DNA of 64,000 bases from Octopus sinensis. Its lineage: Eukaryota. A model generated the notes under the pieces. The model saw nothing but the letters and a program-made list of their open reading frames with translations. It did no database searches and was not told the origin of the DNA. A program made the position numbers and the translations under genes. Shown piece after piece: positions 1-12,143 of this stretch (position 1 is the first letter of the stretch; each line of letters starts with the position of its first letter). The stretch spans positions 17,856,001-17,920,000 of the forward strand of contig NC_043006.1 of the NCBI RefSeq assembly GCF_006345805.1. The letters are read 5' to 3'.

Positions 1-1299
1 ATACAAACTTCGTGTTTTCACCCTTTCAATATCAACCCATCTGCAACCATTCTTGGTTCTAATATACAAATTCTTTGTTCTAAAATGAGCTAAATTAAAA
101 CCTTCAATCAAAATTTTATTTTGAATTATGTTCCTGTATAATAACGTCAAAATTATTTTAATAAGTTCTTTATTTTCAAAATTAATTGAAATAAAGGTTG
201 TATATTTAGACAGAAATATGGTAAGAGAAGGGTTAAATTTATCTAAATTGAAACCTTCCATCAAAATTTAATGCTAATGTATTTTTCAAAAACCAGCTTA
301 ATAATGACAAGGTTCGTTATTTTCAAAATTAATTCAAGCAAAAGCAGAAATATGATAACAAAAAGGTTAAGATATCTTCATATTTCATAGATCTGTGAAA
401 TTATTTTTCGAAAATAAGAAAAGAATTTCCTTTAGAAGGCTTTGTTTCTTTTTGTCTTTAACATGACATGAGGAAGAATTTATATTGGCAGTAATAATAG
501 TGAGAAAATGATTGTTTAGAAAATATGTATATATGTGTCAAACCTCATTTTATTTTAATAATTTTTTTTTTTCAATTTGTAATAACGATGCTCAGATCTC
601 GTAAATTATTTTTGTGTGTAAAATTTCAGGATACATATCCTTGTGTATGCATAGATACATGACCTTCAAAAACATAAAATGTGATTGTGATTTGATTATT
701 GTGAGATAGGTGTGTGTTAGCCACTAAACATATGGTTTTGTTGCAAATATTTCTTAGGAAACCATCTGACTGTTTCCCTCTCTCTCTTGTATACAGACAA
801 ATATATATGTCTATAATATGTGTGTGTATGTGTGGCTATGTGTTTTAGTAGTTTCAGGTTCAGGCCATTGTATGACATCTTGAGCAGGTGTCTTCTATTA
901 TAGCCCCAGGCCAGGTGTGTGTCTATGTATGTTTGTCTTCTTGTCTTGGCATCATGTGTGAGTTTTAAATGAGTGTTAGTTTCGTACAAACAGTGCCATT
1001 CGTCTCCAATATTCTGTGAGAACATGTTTGGACATGGAAGAATATTACCTTGCTTGGAAACAAGGGTGGTCTTGAGTGGATTAATATGAAAGGAGTTTGG
1101 TATAAATGTCAAGGCTTAAGTTTTACATCATAACCATTTTAAATGTTTAAGATAATGCATTTTACCATTTCACTCTAAACAAGCCTTTCTATTCAATTAC
1201 TGCATTTTATATAAGTATAAATTAACAATTAAACAAGGAGTACAGAACTAGGTTTCTTACAACTTGATATGATTTAGCCTATAATGATCTATTATAATT

Positions 1300-1826
1300 A
1301 TTATCATTATACATATGTAGCACATAAGAAGACAAAGAAAAAAGGGAGGAAGAAAAAAAGAAAGGAAAAACATCAATGCAGCACCAAGTGTTTCAATTGG
1401 TTGCAGACCACAAGGTTCAATGGAACCTACTGAAGTAAGCCAGCATGCTTGCAGCATTACCATGGGTGATGGTGAGGCTAAGGCATTTGAAAAGCCAAGT
1501 GCCCTCACAGACATCATGTGACACCTTGGTGAGGCAAACTGCCAACGATGACAAGAACTTTGCAATCCCTCCAAACATCTCAAATGCCACAGGTTGGAAA
1601 AGACAGTTCACTGCCAATTTCCAATACTTCAGGAAAGCAGTGGCCCTCCCATTTACTGAAGCATCCAGGATGTGAGAGGGAGCAAAAGAGTCACAGATCA
1701 CGGTGTCCCAGATGAGGCACCAACTTCTTACCCAGGGACAGAGGATAAGACCATCTGGTCTCTTCCCATCACTTCTGGATAATCACTCCAGCTTCAGAAC
1801 AGAGGGGATATTAATCTGAGCCGAAA
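1300..1826 (-). mobile_element. 3' remnant of a CRE-like non-LTR retrotransposon (restriction-like endonuclease domain)
   Basis: Translates RSDGKRPDGLILCPW..WCLIWDTVICDSFAP...FQPVAFEMFGG...LSLTITHGNAASML, which fits the REL C-terminus of CRE-clade elements. Confidence 0.75.
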
Positions 1827-1977
1827 CCATGCAAGATATAAAAATATAGATTGATAGTTTTATCTGGTATTTCAATATTTCAGTATTTGGACACCTTCCA
1901 CAGAAAACCTTGTATTATTTTTATAATTTGCATTGTTTTGGCCTTTAAAAGAATAAAATTGAAAACATTTACATATA

Positions 1978-2885
1978 TTGGGTCAACCCATAAATGATGC
2001 GCTTATTTTATACTTTTTTTTTTCAAAATTAAGATAAACAAAGTTCTTTTTTAATATAAAATATACTCTTCTTCATCTTCTACAATGCTTTTTCCTCTGT
2101 TTGGTAAACTTGCAAGGCTCCCCTTCCAAAATTCACTTGTCTGTGATGAAAAATACTTCTCCACTACTGTTCTGACTACATCTACAGAATTCATATTTTT
2201 TCTGTCCAAATAATTTTGAAGGCTGCAGAATAAATGATAATGAGATGGAGCAGTGTCCAGCGAATATGGCAGGTGGAGCATCGTTTTCCATTCAAATTGC
2301 TCTAGCCTTTGGAATGTCATCCTCGCTGTATGTGGCTGAGCATTATCCTGATGGAAGAACACCTTTCATCTTGAAACCAAAGATGGTCATTTTTCTTCTA
2401 GCACTGACTTAAATGACTGGTTGAATGACCAAATCCAAGCTTGTCTGCTAGTTCCTCAACATTTACGAGGGGATTTTGTTCCACCAGAGATTGCAAAACA
2501 TCCTCATTGACCTCTACAGATCTTCCAGGACTAGGCTCATCTTCTAGGCTGTAGTTTCCAGCTCAGAATTTCTGGAACCACAGTTAGACTGGCTTATGCA
2601 TATTGTCCAATCCCCATATACTGCATTAATATTCCTCACATTTTCCATTGTGTTGTTGCCTTTATTGAACTCATAAAGCAAAATATGCCGAATATGTTCC
2701 ATTATAGCCTTGTAAAAATAATTGTTAAAATCGAACTGCACTCTTCAAACCTTGCACTAAGAATAAGTACAAGGTAAAATAACTCCCAGCTTTTATAGTA
2801 AGTTGATGCAGGTAGTTTATCCTGTCCCCTTCCAACTTTTACTTCATGCAATTGAAAAACCTGCATTACTTACAGGATGACCCAG
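1978..2885 (-). mobile_element. Internally deleted mariner transposon
   Basis: TA flanks; imperfect TIRs ttgggtcaacccataa / tacaggatgacccag; N-terminal IRHILLYEF fragment and C-terminal HQDNAQPH..YSLDTAPSHYHLF fragment. Confidence 0.88.
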
Positions 2886-2976
2886 TATTTGACAATGCTT
2901 CATGTAAACCATACTAATGTGTGTGTGTGTGTGTAGTTACTGTTTTATAATATATACCTTTTCTTAATGTTTTCAG

Positions 2977-3027
2977 CGACATGGACCAACAAATACTCTC
3001 CGGTACCTTATACGTGATGTTAAAAAG
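2977..3027 (+). CDS. TRPM: TRPM channel coding exon (RHGPTNTLRYLIRDVKK), MHR region
   Basis: ttttcag acceptor and AAG|gtaag donor; 51 nt, phase 0/0; peptide matches the RHGP..TL..L.RDVKK motif of TRPM1/3/7-clade channels. Confidence 0.92.
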
Positions 3028-3317
3028 GTAAGAATTGCAAGAAAAATGCTATTGCCAACTTTTCCTGAACTGTCATGGATGTTGAGAACTTGAAATGTTA
3101 TTTCTAAAGTTTATCCCTGGCTTATAAAGCATTATAATACTTTGTTATTTTATTAATGCAAGTTTACAAGTATTAAGCTAGAATATTTAATAATACTTGA
3201 TCTCCTTTTTGCCATCATTGTGCTCAAAAATATTCAAATCCTTCTCTTATTTAACAATTCTCTTGATGTAGCCCTCAACTCGTTATATCAGTTAAGTATA
3301 TTTCTGTATAGTTGGAA

Positions 3318-3505
3318 AAACTATAAACAAAAAAAAACAAAAGACAAAGATGGGTGTGTAAACAACAAACAGATGTATTAGCTTAACACTCGGGAGGTGA
3401 AAAAGTCTTTTATGTTTCGAGCCTACGCTCTTCAGCAGAAAGGAACACAGAAATAAGCAGAGAGAGAAAATTAAAAAGGTTTAGTGGCTAGCGATCAATC
3501 TATAT
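3318..3505 (-). mobile_element. Penelope-like terminal-repeat-type element containing a hammerhead-like motif
   Basis: Related copy at 26518-26662; contains GAAGAGCgtagGCTCGAAAC. Confidence 0.6.
3407..3442 (-). ncRNA. Minimal type I hammerhead ribozyme-like motif with a variant core
   Basis: cttt-CTGCTGAA-GAGC(gtag)GCTC-GAAA-C-A-TA-aaag: stem I cttt/aaag, stem II GAGC/GCTC, loopless stem III as in PLE hammerheads. Confidence 0.55.
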
Positions 3506-4433
3506 ACTTAGCCACCTGCAACAAACCAATAGCATGCTCAGAAGTTGAATTTCCCTACAAATTCTGATAGGCTTTTGTAGAATGGAATATCCTACCCAGG
3601 TGCTAATAAATGAAAATGGAATAAACTCTGGAATCTTAAGAAATTGGTCATTGTCTATTTCAGCAAGAATTAGACCATAGAAGAGTACACTTTATTAGTT
3701 TACAACCAAAGCAGCAACACATTTTCTGTTAGCTTCTCCACTCCTCATGGATACAAAACTTATGAAAGTTTTCTTCAAATCTGTGAATTCAGAAATAAAA
3801 AAATAATCAAAAGCCACATTGGGCAGACCCATTCTGCTCTTTCGTCATCCACATATGGTTCCAAATATATCTAATTGTTGTGTGATGGGTATTTCTCTCT
3901 TTGCTGTTTTCAGCAATGTTTTAAGCCTAAAAACTTTAGAATATGTGTTTTTCAACCTTGTGTCTTGTGTTTTTCTACCTTGTGTGTTATTTTAGATATG
4001 AAACTCTAATTTCATCTTAGCATGACTAATAATGGACTGTAATTCCATTACAGTTAATTATGACTGACACACATACATATGCGCACACGCATGCAATTGA
4101 CCTCTCAATGGTCATAAGAGAATTCAGTGGCAGCAATTCGCTAACAATTACCAACTAACAATATACTGATTAAAAAATTCTTCTCCAAACAGTTGACCAA
4201 TTAACATATTTGGTAATGTCAAAATTATTAATTAACATCATGATGATCAATAAAGGCTTAAAAATATATACTTATTGCACACAAAATCTGTTTTAAAAAT
4301 ATAAAGACGTTACCAAAACTTTGAAAGGATTTCTAAACTGGGAAGTTAGAGTTAAGCCTCTTCATTACAGACGTGTTAAGTTCATAGTTGACAACAGGCC
4401 TCTTTGTTTTTTGGGTTTTTTTTCAGTCACAGT

Positions 4434-4790
4434 ATAGGAGTGGCTGTGTGATAAGTAGCTTGCTTACCAACCACATGGTTCCAGGTTCAGTCCCACTGCA
4501 TGGCACCTTGAGCAAGTGTCTTCTACTATAGCCTCGGGCCAACCAAAGCCTTGTGAGTGGATTTTGTAGACAGAAACTGAAAGAAACCTGTCATATATGT
4601 GTGTGTGTGTGTGTGTGTGTATGCTTGGGTGTCTGTGTTTGTTTCCCCCCCCCCAACTTCGGCAAAAAGACTGATAGAATAAGTACTAGGCTTTCAAAGA
4701 ATAAGTCCTGGGGTCGATTTGCTCGACTAAATGCAGTGCTCCAGCATGGCCACAGTTAAATGACTGAAACAAGTAAAAGAGTGTAAGAGA
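4434..4790 (+). mobile_element. SINE family A (tRNA-like head, CORE-like ccttgggcaagt segment, internal TA/TG microsatellite, aagag tail)
   Basis: At least 8 near-full copies plus fragments in the window. Confidence 0.85.
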
Positions 4791-5567
4791 GTGTTTTCAT
4801 CACTTTCAAATGAGGCTCTCAACATATGGTATACTCTTCAATCTTGGCATTATTTAAAGTTTGTTCACATTTAGTGTATTCTATGAACTTCGACATGTTT
4901 ATTTAGGTGGTAGATGATAAGCTGCTCTTAAAAAAAAAAGACCTTATTCAAAACTTTTAATTCAAGAAAATTATTGGTTTAAGGTATATCTTGCAAGACT
5001 GCTTTTTAAGAGGCCCTTTTTTTCTTTATCTGAATATTTCTTGTTCTTTTCATGCAATCCTTGCCTGTAAGTTTCTCAGTTCCTAATTGACTGCTTGGAG
5101 CAATGGCATCAGACAACAATTACATGAAGAGACTTAGTTATTTGCACTCACAGAATTTTAATGCTTTGACTCTTACTGCATTGGCAGTGTGGTTGTGCTT
5201 GCTTGACTGACACAGTAAAGTGTTATCAACCATGCTCACTCATGTATGACAGTTTATTTGTTGTTTCTCAGTTTCCAAATTTACAGTATCTTTGGATTGT
5301 GTTTCTTTAAAAAAAATAATAATTAATAAATAAAATAAAATAAAATGACTGCTAACATATAAGTTTTTTTTTTATTATATTTCTAACGAAATATACAGCC
5401 TATATGTTTGGTGTTTAGAACTTAAAATGTATATAGTATTGAAGTACAAACATCAAAAATATATCCATGGCAATTAAATACTCAACTGGTGGCACATTTT
5501 TGAGAGCAACATATTTAAGATAAAAAGGAGTAAAGTGTAAATTTTGAATAAGGTTTATAATTTAATT

Positions 5568-5734
5568 ATGCTCAATGGCCATTTCAATTGCATAAAAAAC
5601 ATTTATGTAATTACATAATTAAAATGCATAATTCATTTAAAATATTAGTGATAATATGGGTAGTACATCACTTTTAACTAAATTAATTATGTGTTTTAAT
5701 TACGTTTTATGCAATTGAAACAACCGCTGAGCAC
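5568..5734. mobile_element. Old foldback MITE
   Basis: Degenerate inverted arms tgctca..gg...tttcaattgcataaaa / ttttatgcaattgaaa..ccgctgagca. Confidence 0.55.
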
Positions 5735-6242
5735 AAATTACATACTTTGTGAAATTTATGCTTTTCAATATTTTATTCTAAATATGTTAAACTTAGATAA
5801 TAGGAAGTTTCTTGCATAAAATTATATTAGGAGGTTTTAATCTAATTATGAACACTTTGAACTGGGAGGTTTTCTGTATCATAGAACCAGTGGTGGTCTC
5901 AGATAGGTTTGGCATCAAAAGAATTAAGGACTTATAAAAAAAATCAAATGTTCAAATGACTAGAAATTTAAACTTTTAAGATTTACTTTTTGCATTTAGC
6001 CCTAATTATCTTTGATGAATATGTTGATTGGTTAAGTGCTTGTTATGTGAATTTGCTAATCAGGGAATTGCTTTGAAATTTTCTGAATGCAGTTCTCAAA
6101 GTCATTGCCAGTAATGGTTGTTGAATCTGCTGTTTAATGCTTTATGGAGAGCCATAAATGTCTCAATATCTAACACCTTATACAATTTAGCTTCTTACCT
6201 ATCAAAGACATCCTTAGAATAATTATACCACGTGGAGAGTAC

Positions 6243-6458
6243 TCAACCCTTTAGAATTCAGATTATTCTGTCAAATGTAATTTATATTCCTTCACATTGA
6301 TTTGAATTAATCATGCATTGCGATTCCAATGATGTGATTGTTTAAGCTTTGAATGACATTGTTTGATAGGTGTGAGATGCCAGTTCTGGCTAGCTTAAAC
6401 ATAAAACAGGTAGAAAATTTGGGGCTGGATATGGCTGGTTTAAATTCTAAAGGGTTAA
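6243..6458. mobile_element. piggyBac-like MITE family E
   Basis: (t)caaCCCTTTAG...CTAAAGGGttaa termini; further copies at 25505-25910, 50475-50702 and 58959-59292. Confidence 0.75.
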
Positions 6459-7620
6459 TTGGCAGAATTGTTTGAGCATTGGACAAAATGCTGTACTATA
6501 TTTAGTTATGGCCCTTGCTGAGGTGAACTTTTCCTTTTATTCATCCAAGGTCAATGAAATTACTACCAGTTGATCAACTATACCCTCCTCCGAAAAATTT
6601 GCATGCATACATATACACATATGCATGTATGTGTGTATATATTATTCCACACATTAACACCACCATGTGACACATGACATTAACATGTCATTGTTGTCAC
6701 CTAAGTTGTGTCGTGAACACACGGGACCTCAGTATGTCTCTGCAGGACATCATTCAGGCAACAATGGTGTCGTGTTTGCTGCTCTCACAAAAAATTTGTG
6801 ATTTTTTGCTTCTGTTAGATATCAATAATAATACAGTATAATCATGGCAGATACTAGTATCATGCAACTGACACCTGTGCCAGTTGAATGTAAAGGCACC
6901 CATTACACTCTCAGGATGGTTGGCATTAGGAAGGGTATCCAGCTGTAGAAGCCATGCCAAATCAGCATGGACAACAGGCGTTAAATGATGATGATGATGA
7001 GAAAGGCAGTGAGCTGGCAGAAGTGTTAGCACACAAGGAAAAATACTTAGTGGTATTTCATCTGTCTTTACATTTTGAGTTCAAGTTCCACCAAGGTCAA
7101 CTTTGCCTTTCATCCTTTTGGGGGTTGATAAAACAAGTACCCATTGACCACTGGGGTTGATGTAATGGACTTATTTCTCCCCCCCTCTGAAATTGCTGGT
7201 CTTGTGCCTAAATTTGAAACCAATAATTACACAGTATAGAGGTCAGCAAGCATCAAGCCAAAACATGCAGATCCCCTTTAACCCTTTTACTATGGAAATC
7301 AAATATATCCACTCAAAATTTCATTGCTCTTAACTGTGGACAGCAGTTTTATATATCATTCTTTAGGAATGTGTTTGAAACAATTCTTTACTGAGGCTAT
7401 GTGACTTGCAAAAAAAAATACCAACTTTATTTTTTTGGTAGATATATAACTTCATTTCTAAAATAATAGCAAAATTTAATTTCATGTTTCTGCTCCCTTT
7501 ACACTTTTAATATTCTTCAGGAAGCCAGATGGTCACAAGCTTTTATGATTTTTATACATACTGTAACAATGTTATAAATTGTAGTTTATAACTATTAATG
7601 TTTTTTTTCTATCATTCTAG

Positions 7621-7756
7621 AATGTTGCTTCAAGTTATCGCTGTACTCTACCAGACATTGGTTTAGTGCTCCAGCATCTTATGGGTGGCGGTTTTGTCTC
7701 ATCATACCTAAAAAAGAGCTTCCGTCAAAAGTATAATGCTCTTAAGAAAAATGCAA
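7621..7756 (+). CDS. TRPM: TRPM coding exon (NVASSYRCTLPDIGLVLQHLMGGGFVSSYLKKSFRQKYNALKKN); 3' end is 7752 (GC donor) or 7756 (GT donor)
   Basis: Polypyrimidine tract plus tctag acceptor; DIGLV..LMGG motif of TRPM; donor region reads aat|GCaa|GTatct. Confidence 0.92.
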
Positions 7757-7881
7757 GTATCTTTCATTTTCTGCAATTTTTTTCTAACATAACAAATGTC
7801 ACAATTAAACAGTCATCAAATATCCATTTCAACAAAATGTTATCACTGTGTATATAAAAAAAAAAGTTTTATATATATATA

Positions 7882-8046
7882 GGCGCAGGAGTGGCTGTGT
7901 GGTAAGTAGCTTGCTAACCAACCACATGGTTCCGGGTTCAGTCCCACTGCGTGGCATCTTGGGCAAGTGTCTTCTGCTATAGCCCCGGGCCGACCAATGC
8001 CTTGTGAGTGGATTTGGTTGACGGAAACTGAAAGAGGCCTGTCATA

Positions 8047-8091
<45 letters not shown>

Positions 8092-8317
8092 GTTTGTGTG
8101 TCTGTGTTTGTTCCCCTAGCATTGCTTGACAACCGATGCTGGTGTGTTTACGTCCCCGTCACTTAGTGGTTCGGCAAAAGAGACCAATAGAATAAGCACT
8201 GAGCTTACAAAGAATAAGTCCCGGGGTCGAGTTGCTCGACTAAAGGCAGTGCTCCAGCATGGCCACAGTCAAAATGACTGAAACAAGTAAAAGAGTAAAG
8301 AGAGAGAGTAAAAGAGT
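7882..8317 (+). mobile_element. SINE family A, near-consensus copy
   Basis: ggcgcaggagtggctgtgtggt...gactgaaacaagtaaaagag; closely matches the reverse complement of 48616-49032. Confidence 0.9.
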
Positions 8318-8322
8318 ATATA

Positions 8323-8541
8323 TATTTTAGGAAGTTAAATGATATGGCTGGTCATAGAGTGACCATTGGCTTTGCACCTATAAAGCACTTAGCATTATAA
8401 GTGACTCATTAGACTCAATGGTCAAAGGGTTATGCCTTTACCTATTTGAGAGTGATAAGTCACCTACACTGCTAAGCACTTTATAGGTGCAGGACCAATG
8501 GTCACTCTATGACTGGCCATAGCATTTAACTTCCTAAAATA
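8323..8541. mobile_element. Foldback MITE with ~72-bp near-perfect TIRs
   Basis: tattttaggaagttaaatg...cttagca is mirrored by tgctaag...catttaacttcctaaaata; TA ends. Confidence 0.88.
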
Positions 8542-8757
8542 ATTACTTCTCTAATGCTTTAGAGTGTGCTTCTTTTTTTGGATATATGATCTATTGATTA
8601 TATATAAAAACAATGTTTTTATTTTTCATTCCCTTTCGAAATTACCACTAATTAGTGGTTTGTAGTTTAACTACTCTTTCTAGCAAGTCATATGTCCTGT
8701 TATGGCCATCTCTTATGTTTTTAAATGTACACTATATTTATATATAAAAAGATTTGA

Positions 8758-8980
8758 GCGAGGTCGTTGCCAGTACCACCTGACTGGCCCCCGTGCCAGT
8801 GGTACATAAAAAGCACCCACTACACTCTCGGAGTGGTTGGTGTTAGGAAGGGCATCCATCTGTAGAAACTCTGCCAGATCAAGATTGGATCCTGGTGCTG
8901 CCATCTAGTTCGCCAGCCCTCAGTCAAAATCGTCCAACCCATGCTAGCATGGAAAGCGGACATTAAACGATGATGATGAT
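8758..8980 (+). mobile_element. RTE-LINE 3'UTR-derived repeat (family B) with (GAT)n tail
   Basis: ggaagggcatccagctgtagaaac...gttaaacgatgatgat; ~20 copies or fragments in the window, e.g. 9700, 13876(-), 20463, 31636, 46182, 46860, 53145, 53985, 59335. Confidence 0.85.
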
Positions 8981-10169
8981 ATATGTAGATATATATATAT
9001 ATATACACACACATACGCACACATGCAGTGAACTTGTTTTATAAGAATATATTTCTCTAATTCACATAGGATTAGTGTTATTTCTGAAAAGCCTATTTAT
9101 AACTTCATTAATGCAGCTAACCATAACAATAATAAAAGGTTTGCTGATCAAATAATTTTATCTCTGACTTATTATCATCTTGGGAATATAATACAGTTCA
9201 GTGAAGGCTGTTTATTTTTGGCATAATGTGAAATTCATAGCTATTAATTTTTCTTATCGTTAATCTCATCTTATTTTCATCTTGGTCTTATATTCCTTTT
9301 GGTTTCTCTTAGAAACATTATCAAAAGCAGTGAAGAGGAAACAAATACTTGATGATGACTACAATGAGGACAACAAGTCTCATCTTTGTCTTCTAAAATC
9401 TCCAAGATGACAATTATTAGAAACTGTGCATCACATTGTCAACTTGCAAAAAAATGCAGTCCTGTATTCTGCGAGAATCCTAAGAACGATTCTTAAAATT
9501 TGATCAAACTTGTTGTTACCAAACCTCAAGCCAGCATCCCTACTAATATATCATGTGATAATTTTATCGATAATTGTAATTAAATAGATTTGAAAATTCT
9601 ATTAAAAGCTGATATGACTATTGTCGCTTTAATATTTGCTTTATTTTTGTTACATTTGCCCTTTTCTTATCTTTGATGGTTAATGATGGCGTTAGGAAGG
9701 GCATCCAGCTGTAGAAACACTGCCAGATCAGACTGGAGCCTGGTGCAGCCTCCTGGCTTCCAGACCCCGGTCGAACCGTCCAACTCATGCTAGTATGAAA
9801 AACGGACGTTAAACGATGATGATGATGATGATTTCATGTACATCTGATGATTAACAGCCTGGACCTAATGATACTGTTGAATGACTCAGTTCTCTGTGCT
9901 ACTGGTTCAATAACTTTATATTTTGTATTTCTGGAATGTTACTTGTTACATTATAAAGAAAATTATATTTATATTTAGCATTGAAATCTAAAAAATAGAA
10001 AAAGAAAGATCATATATTAATTATGGTCAAACAGGAAGAGAAAATGATATTCTACAACAATAGTACTTGTGACTTTCATGATCATGGTGAATTTAAAATA
10101 TAATGGTATTAGAACCATGATGTTGATGGTTTAGATAGAAAAACAGAGACTTGTTGGTACCATTTATAG

Positions 10170-10211
<42 letters not shown>

Positions 10212-10504
10212 CACACACACAAATATATATATATATATATAGTTTGCATCTATATTTAGTTAGACTGGACTGTTGATGGTTCAAAGTTTTGGGGGGTGTT
10301 TTTTGGTCAAAGGCACTGTATAGCATTGTTGTTTATATAACTTTTGAATTTGTCTTTGAATCATTTATGGCTCAATGAGCAAGGGTGTTGAAAGCTAGGT
10401 GCCTCGGTCAATGACACAACATGCCGGAGCTTCAGTTTATTGTCCGATAACCTATCAACTCTTAAATATCATAATTTTGTCCTGTCTATTAATATACATT
10501 TCAT

Positions 10505-10660
10505 ACAAAGTAGTCTGCTGCTATAACACAAGCAGTTTGCTGCTGTAGAACAAAGTAGTTTACTGCTATCATTACAAAATAGTTTACTGATGTGATACAG
10601 AGCAGTTTTCTATTAGAATATAGATCAACTTACTGCTCTAGTACAAAGCAGTTTACTGAA
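10505..10660. repeat. Degenerate ~22-bp minisatellite (caaagcagtttactgct...)
   Basis: About 7 imperfect units visible. Confidence 0.6.
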
Positions 10661-10901
10661 GATCATTGTAATACTTGCATCCAAAGTAGTCAAATAAAGT
10701 GAATAAGATGAAGTTGATTGATGTAATAAATTACTTTAATCTGTAGTCTGTTATAAGAAAAACATAATACATAATAGCATTTGGTATTTTTATAAATGTG
10801 TGATGTTTGAGGATATACTCAATTTGATATTCTTTGAAGAAACATTAAGATTTTACTTGTATGTAATTGGATTAGTATTAATGGTTCTTTCTTGCCCATA
10901 G

Positions 10902-10990
10902 AATTAATGCTGGCTTTGCCATTCTTTACAACACTCGGCACCATTTATAGTAGTATAACAATGCCACCAAAAGGTGCGTCCAAATTGCTG
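10902..10990 (+). CDS. Candidate TRPM cassette exon (LMLALPFFTTLGTIYSSITMPPKGASKLL)
   Basis: ttctttcttgcccatag acceptor and ctg|gtatgc donor; 89 nt, phase 1/0; joins the GT donor at 7757 to exon 25987 in frame; no transcript evidence. Confidence 0.45.
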
Positions 10991-11776
10991 GTATGCTACT
11001 GCTGTCTTTCTTAACACAACTTTGTAAACTGCTGTATTGAGAATTGAAATGAAAAGCTACACTCAAATACTTCAATCTATTTAATCTTTTGATTATGACA
11101 AAATTTTTGGTGCAGGTTGCTTAATGCCTGAAAGTGTTAAAATTCGAAACCGTTTCTTCTATTAAATGTCTCAATTCAAAGAAATAATTTTAGCATGCTG
11201 ATTATATGCCATTCTTAAAAGAAGACTAATTTGAAGAATTTTGTTTCCTTGGCTTTGCCTTGTTTGGCATATTTCTACATAGTTGAATATTCTGTTGAAG
11301 AATCTGAATTAAACTTATTTTATTAACAAAATTTTGGAACATATGAATTTTGCATTTCATCACTTTTATCTATTAGCAATTTATATATATATATATATTT
11401 TTCGTCTCTAATTTTGTATATTTTCCTGTGGAATAATGGTATTCAGCTGAGTTACATATGTAACCATTTGATTGCTGATTCTTCATTGTTAATTCAAAAA
11501 GACAAAAAGAATATTTGGGAATGTTTGGTACATGCATGTCTGTGTGTGTATGTGAATGTGCATGCATGGTTATCTTCATATCTTTTACTCTCAATGTTTT
11601 CTTTATGCAAATCCAGCTTATTTCTTTGTAACATTGGGAGGTTTGAATTTTAATGAAACATTTTTCTCTAATTATCAACCCTTTTATTATTAACAAATTT
11701 CTGTTGCAATATATAGTCTTTGTTCCAATTAATTGTGAAAATTATAAAGAATATAGTAAAATAACTTTACCCCTTT

Positions 11777-12143
11777 TATCATCATTGTTCGACCGTGGTT
11801 GAGACAATGGAATTTACTATGTTACGCCAGACTTCACGGTCCATCATAACATTATGGAGGTCCTATTGCTGGATGCCTGTATCCCTGGAGATTACATCAG
11901 GGTAGGAGAGTGTGCGCCCTCTGGTATCACGAGCAGATGGTTTCCAGAGGAGAAGAGTAGAAATTACCTCGTTTTCAGCTCTACAACAATGTCTAGCAAA
12001 CTGGACTCCTCTACCTTTCACAAGAGATGACACAGGTGGTAGTTTCCCATATATTTGTACTTTGGTTGGATGACCTTCCATGAGAGATTTTGAGCTCTCA
12101 TAAGGAGGTGAGTGTAAGTTCCATCCAACCTGGTGTCTGGAAT
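11777..12143 (-). mobile_element. 5'-truncated RTE-clade LINE 3' end
   Basis: Open frame TRLDGTYTHLLMRAQNLSWKGHPTKVQIYGKLP...RDTG...MDREVWR, followed by a tga-repeat tail. Confidence 0.85.
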
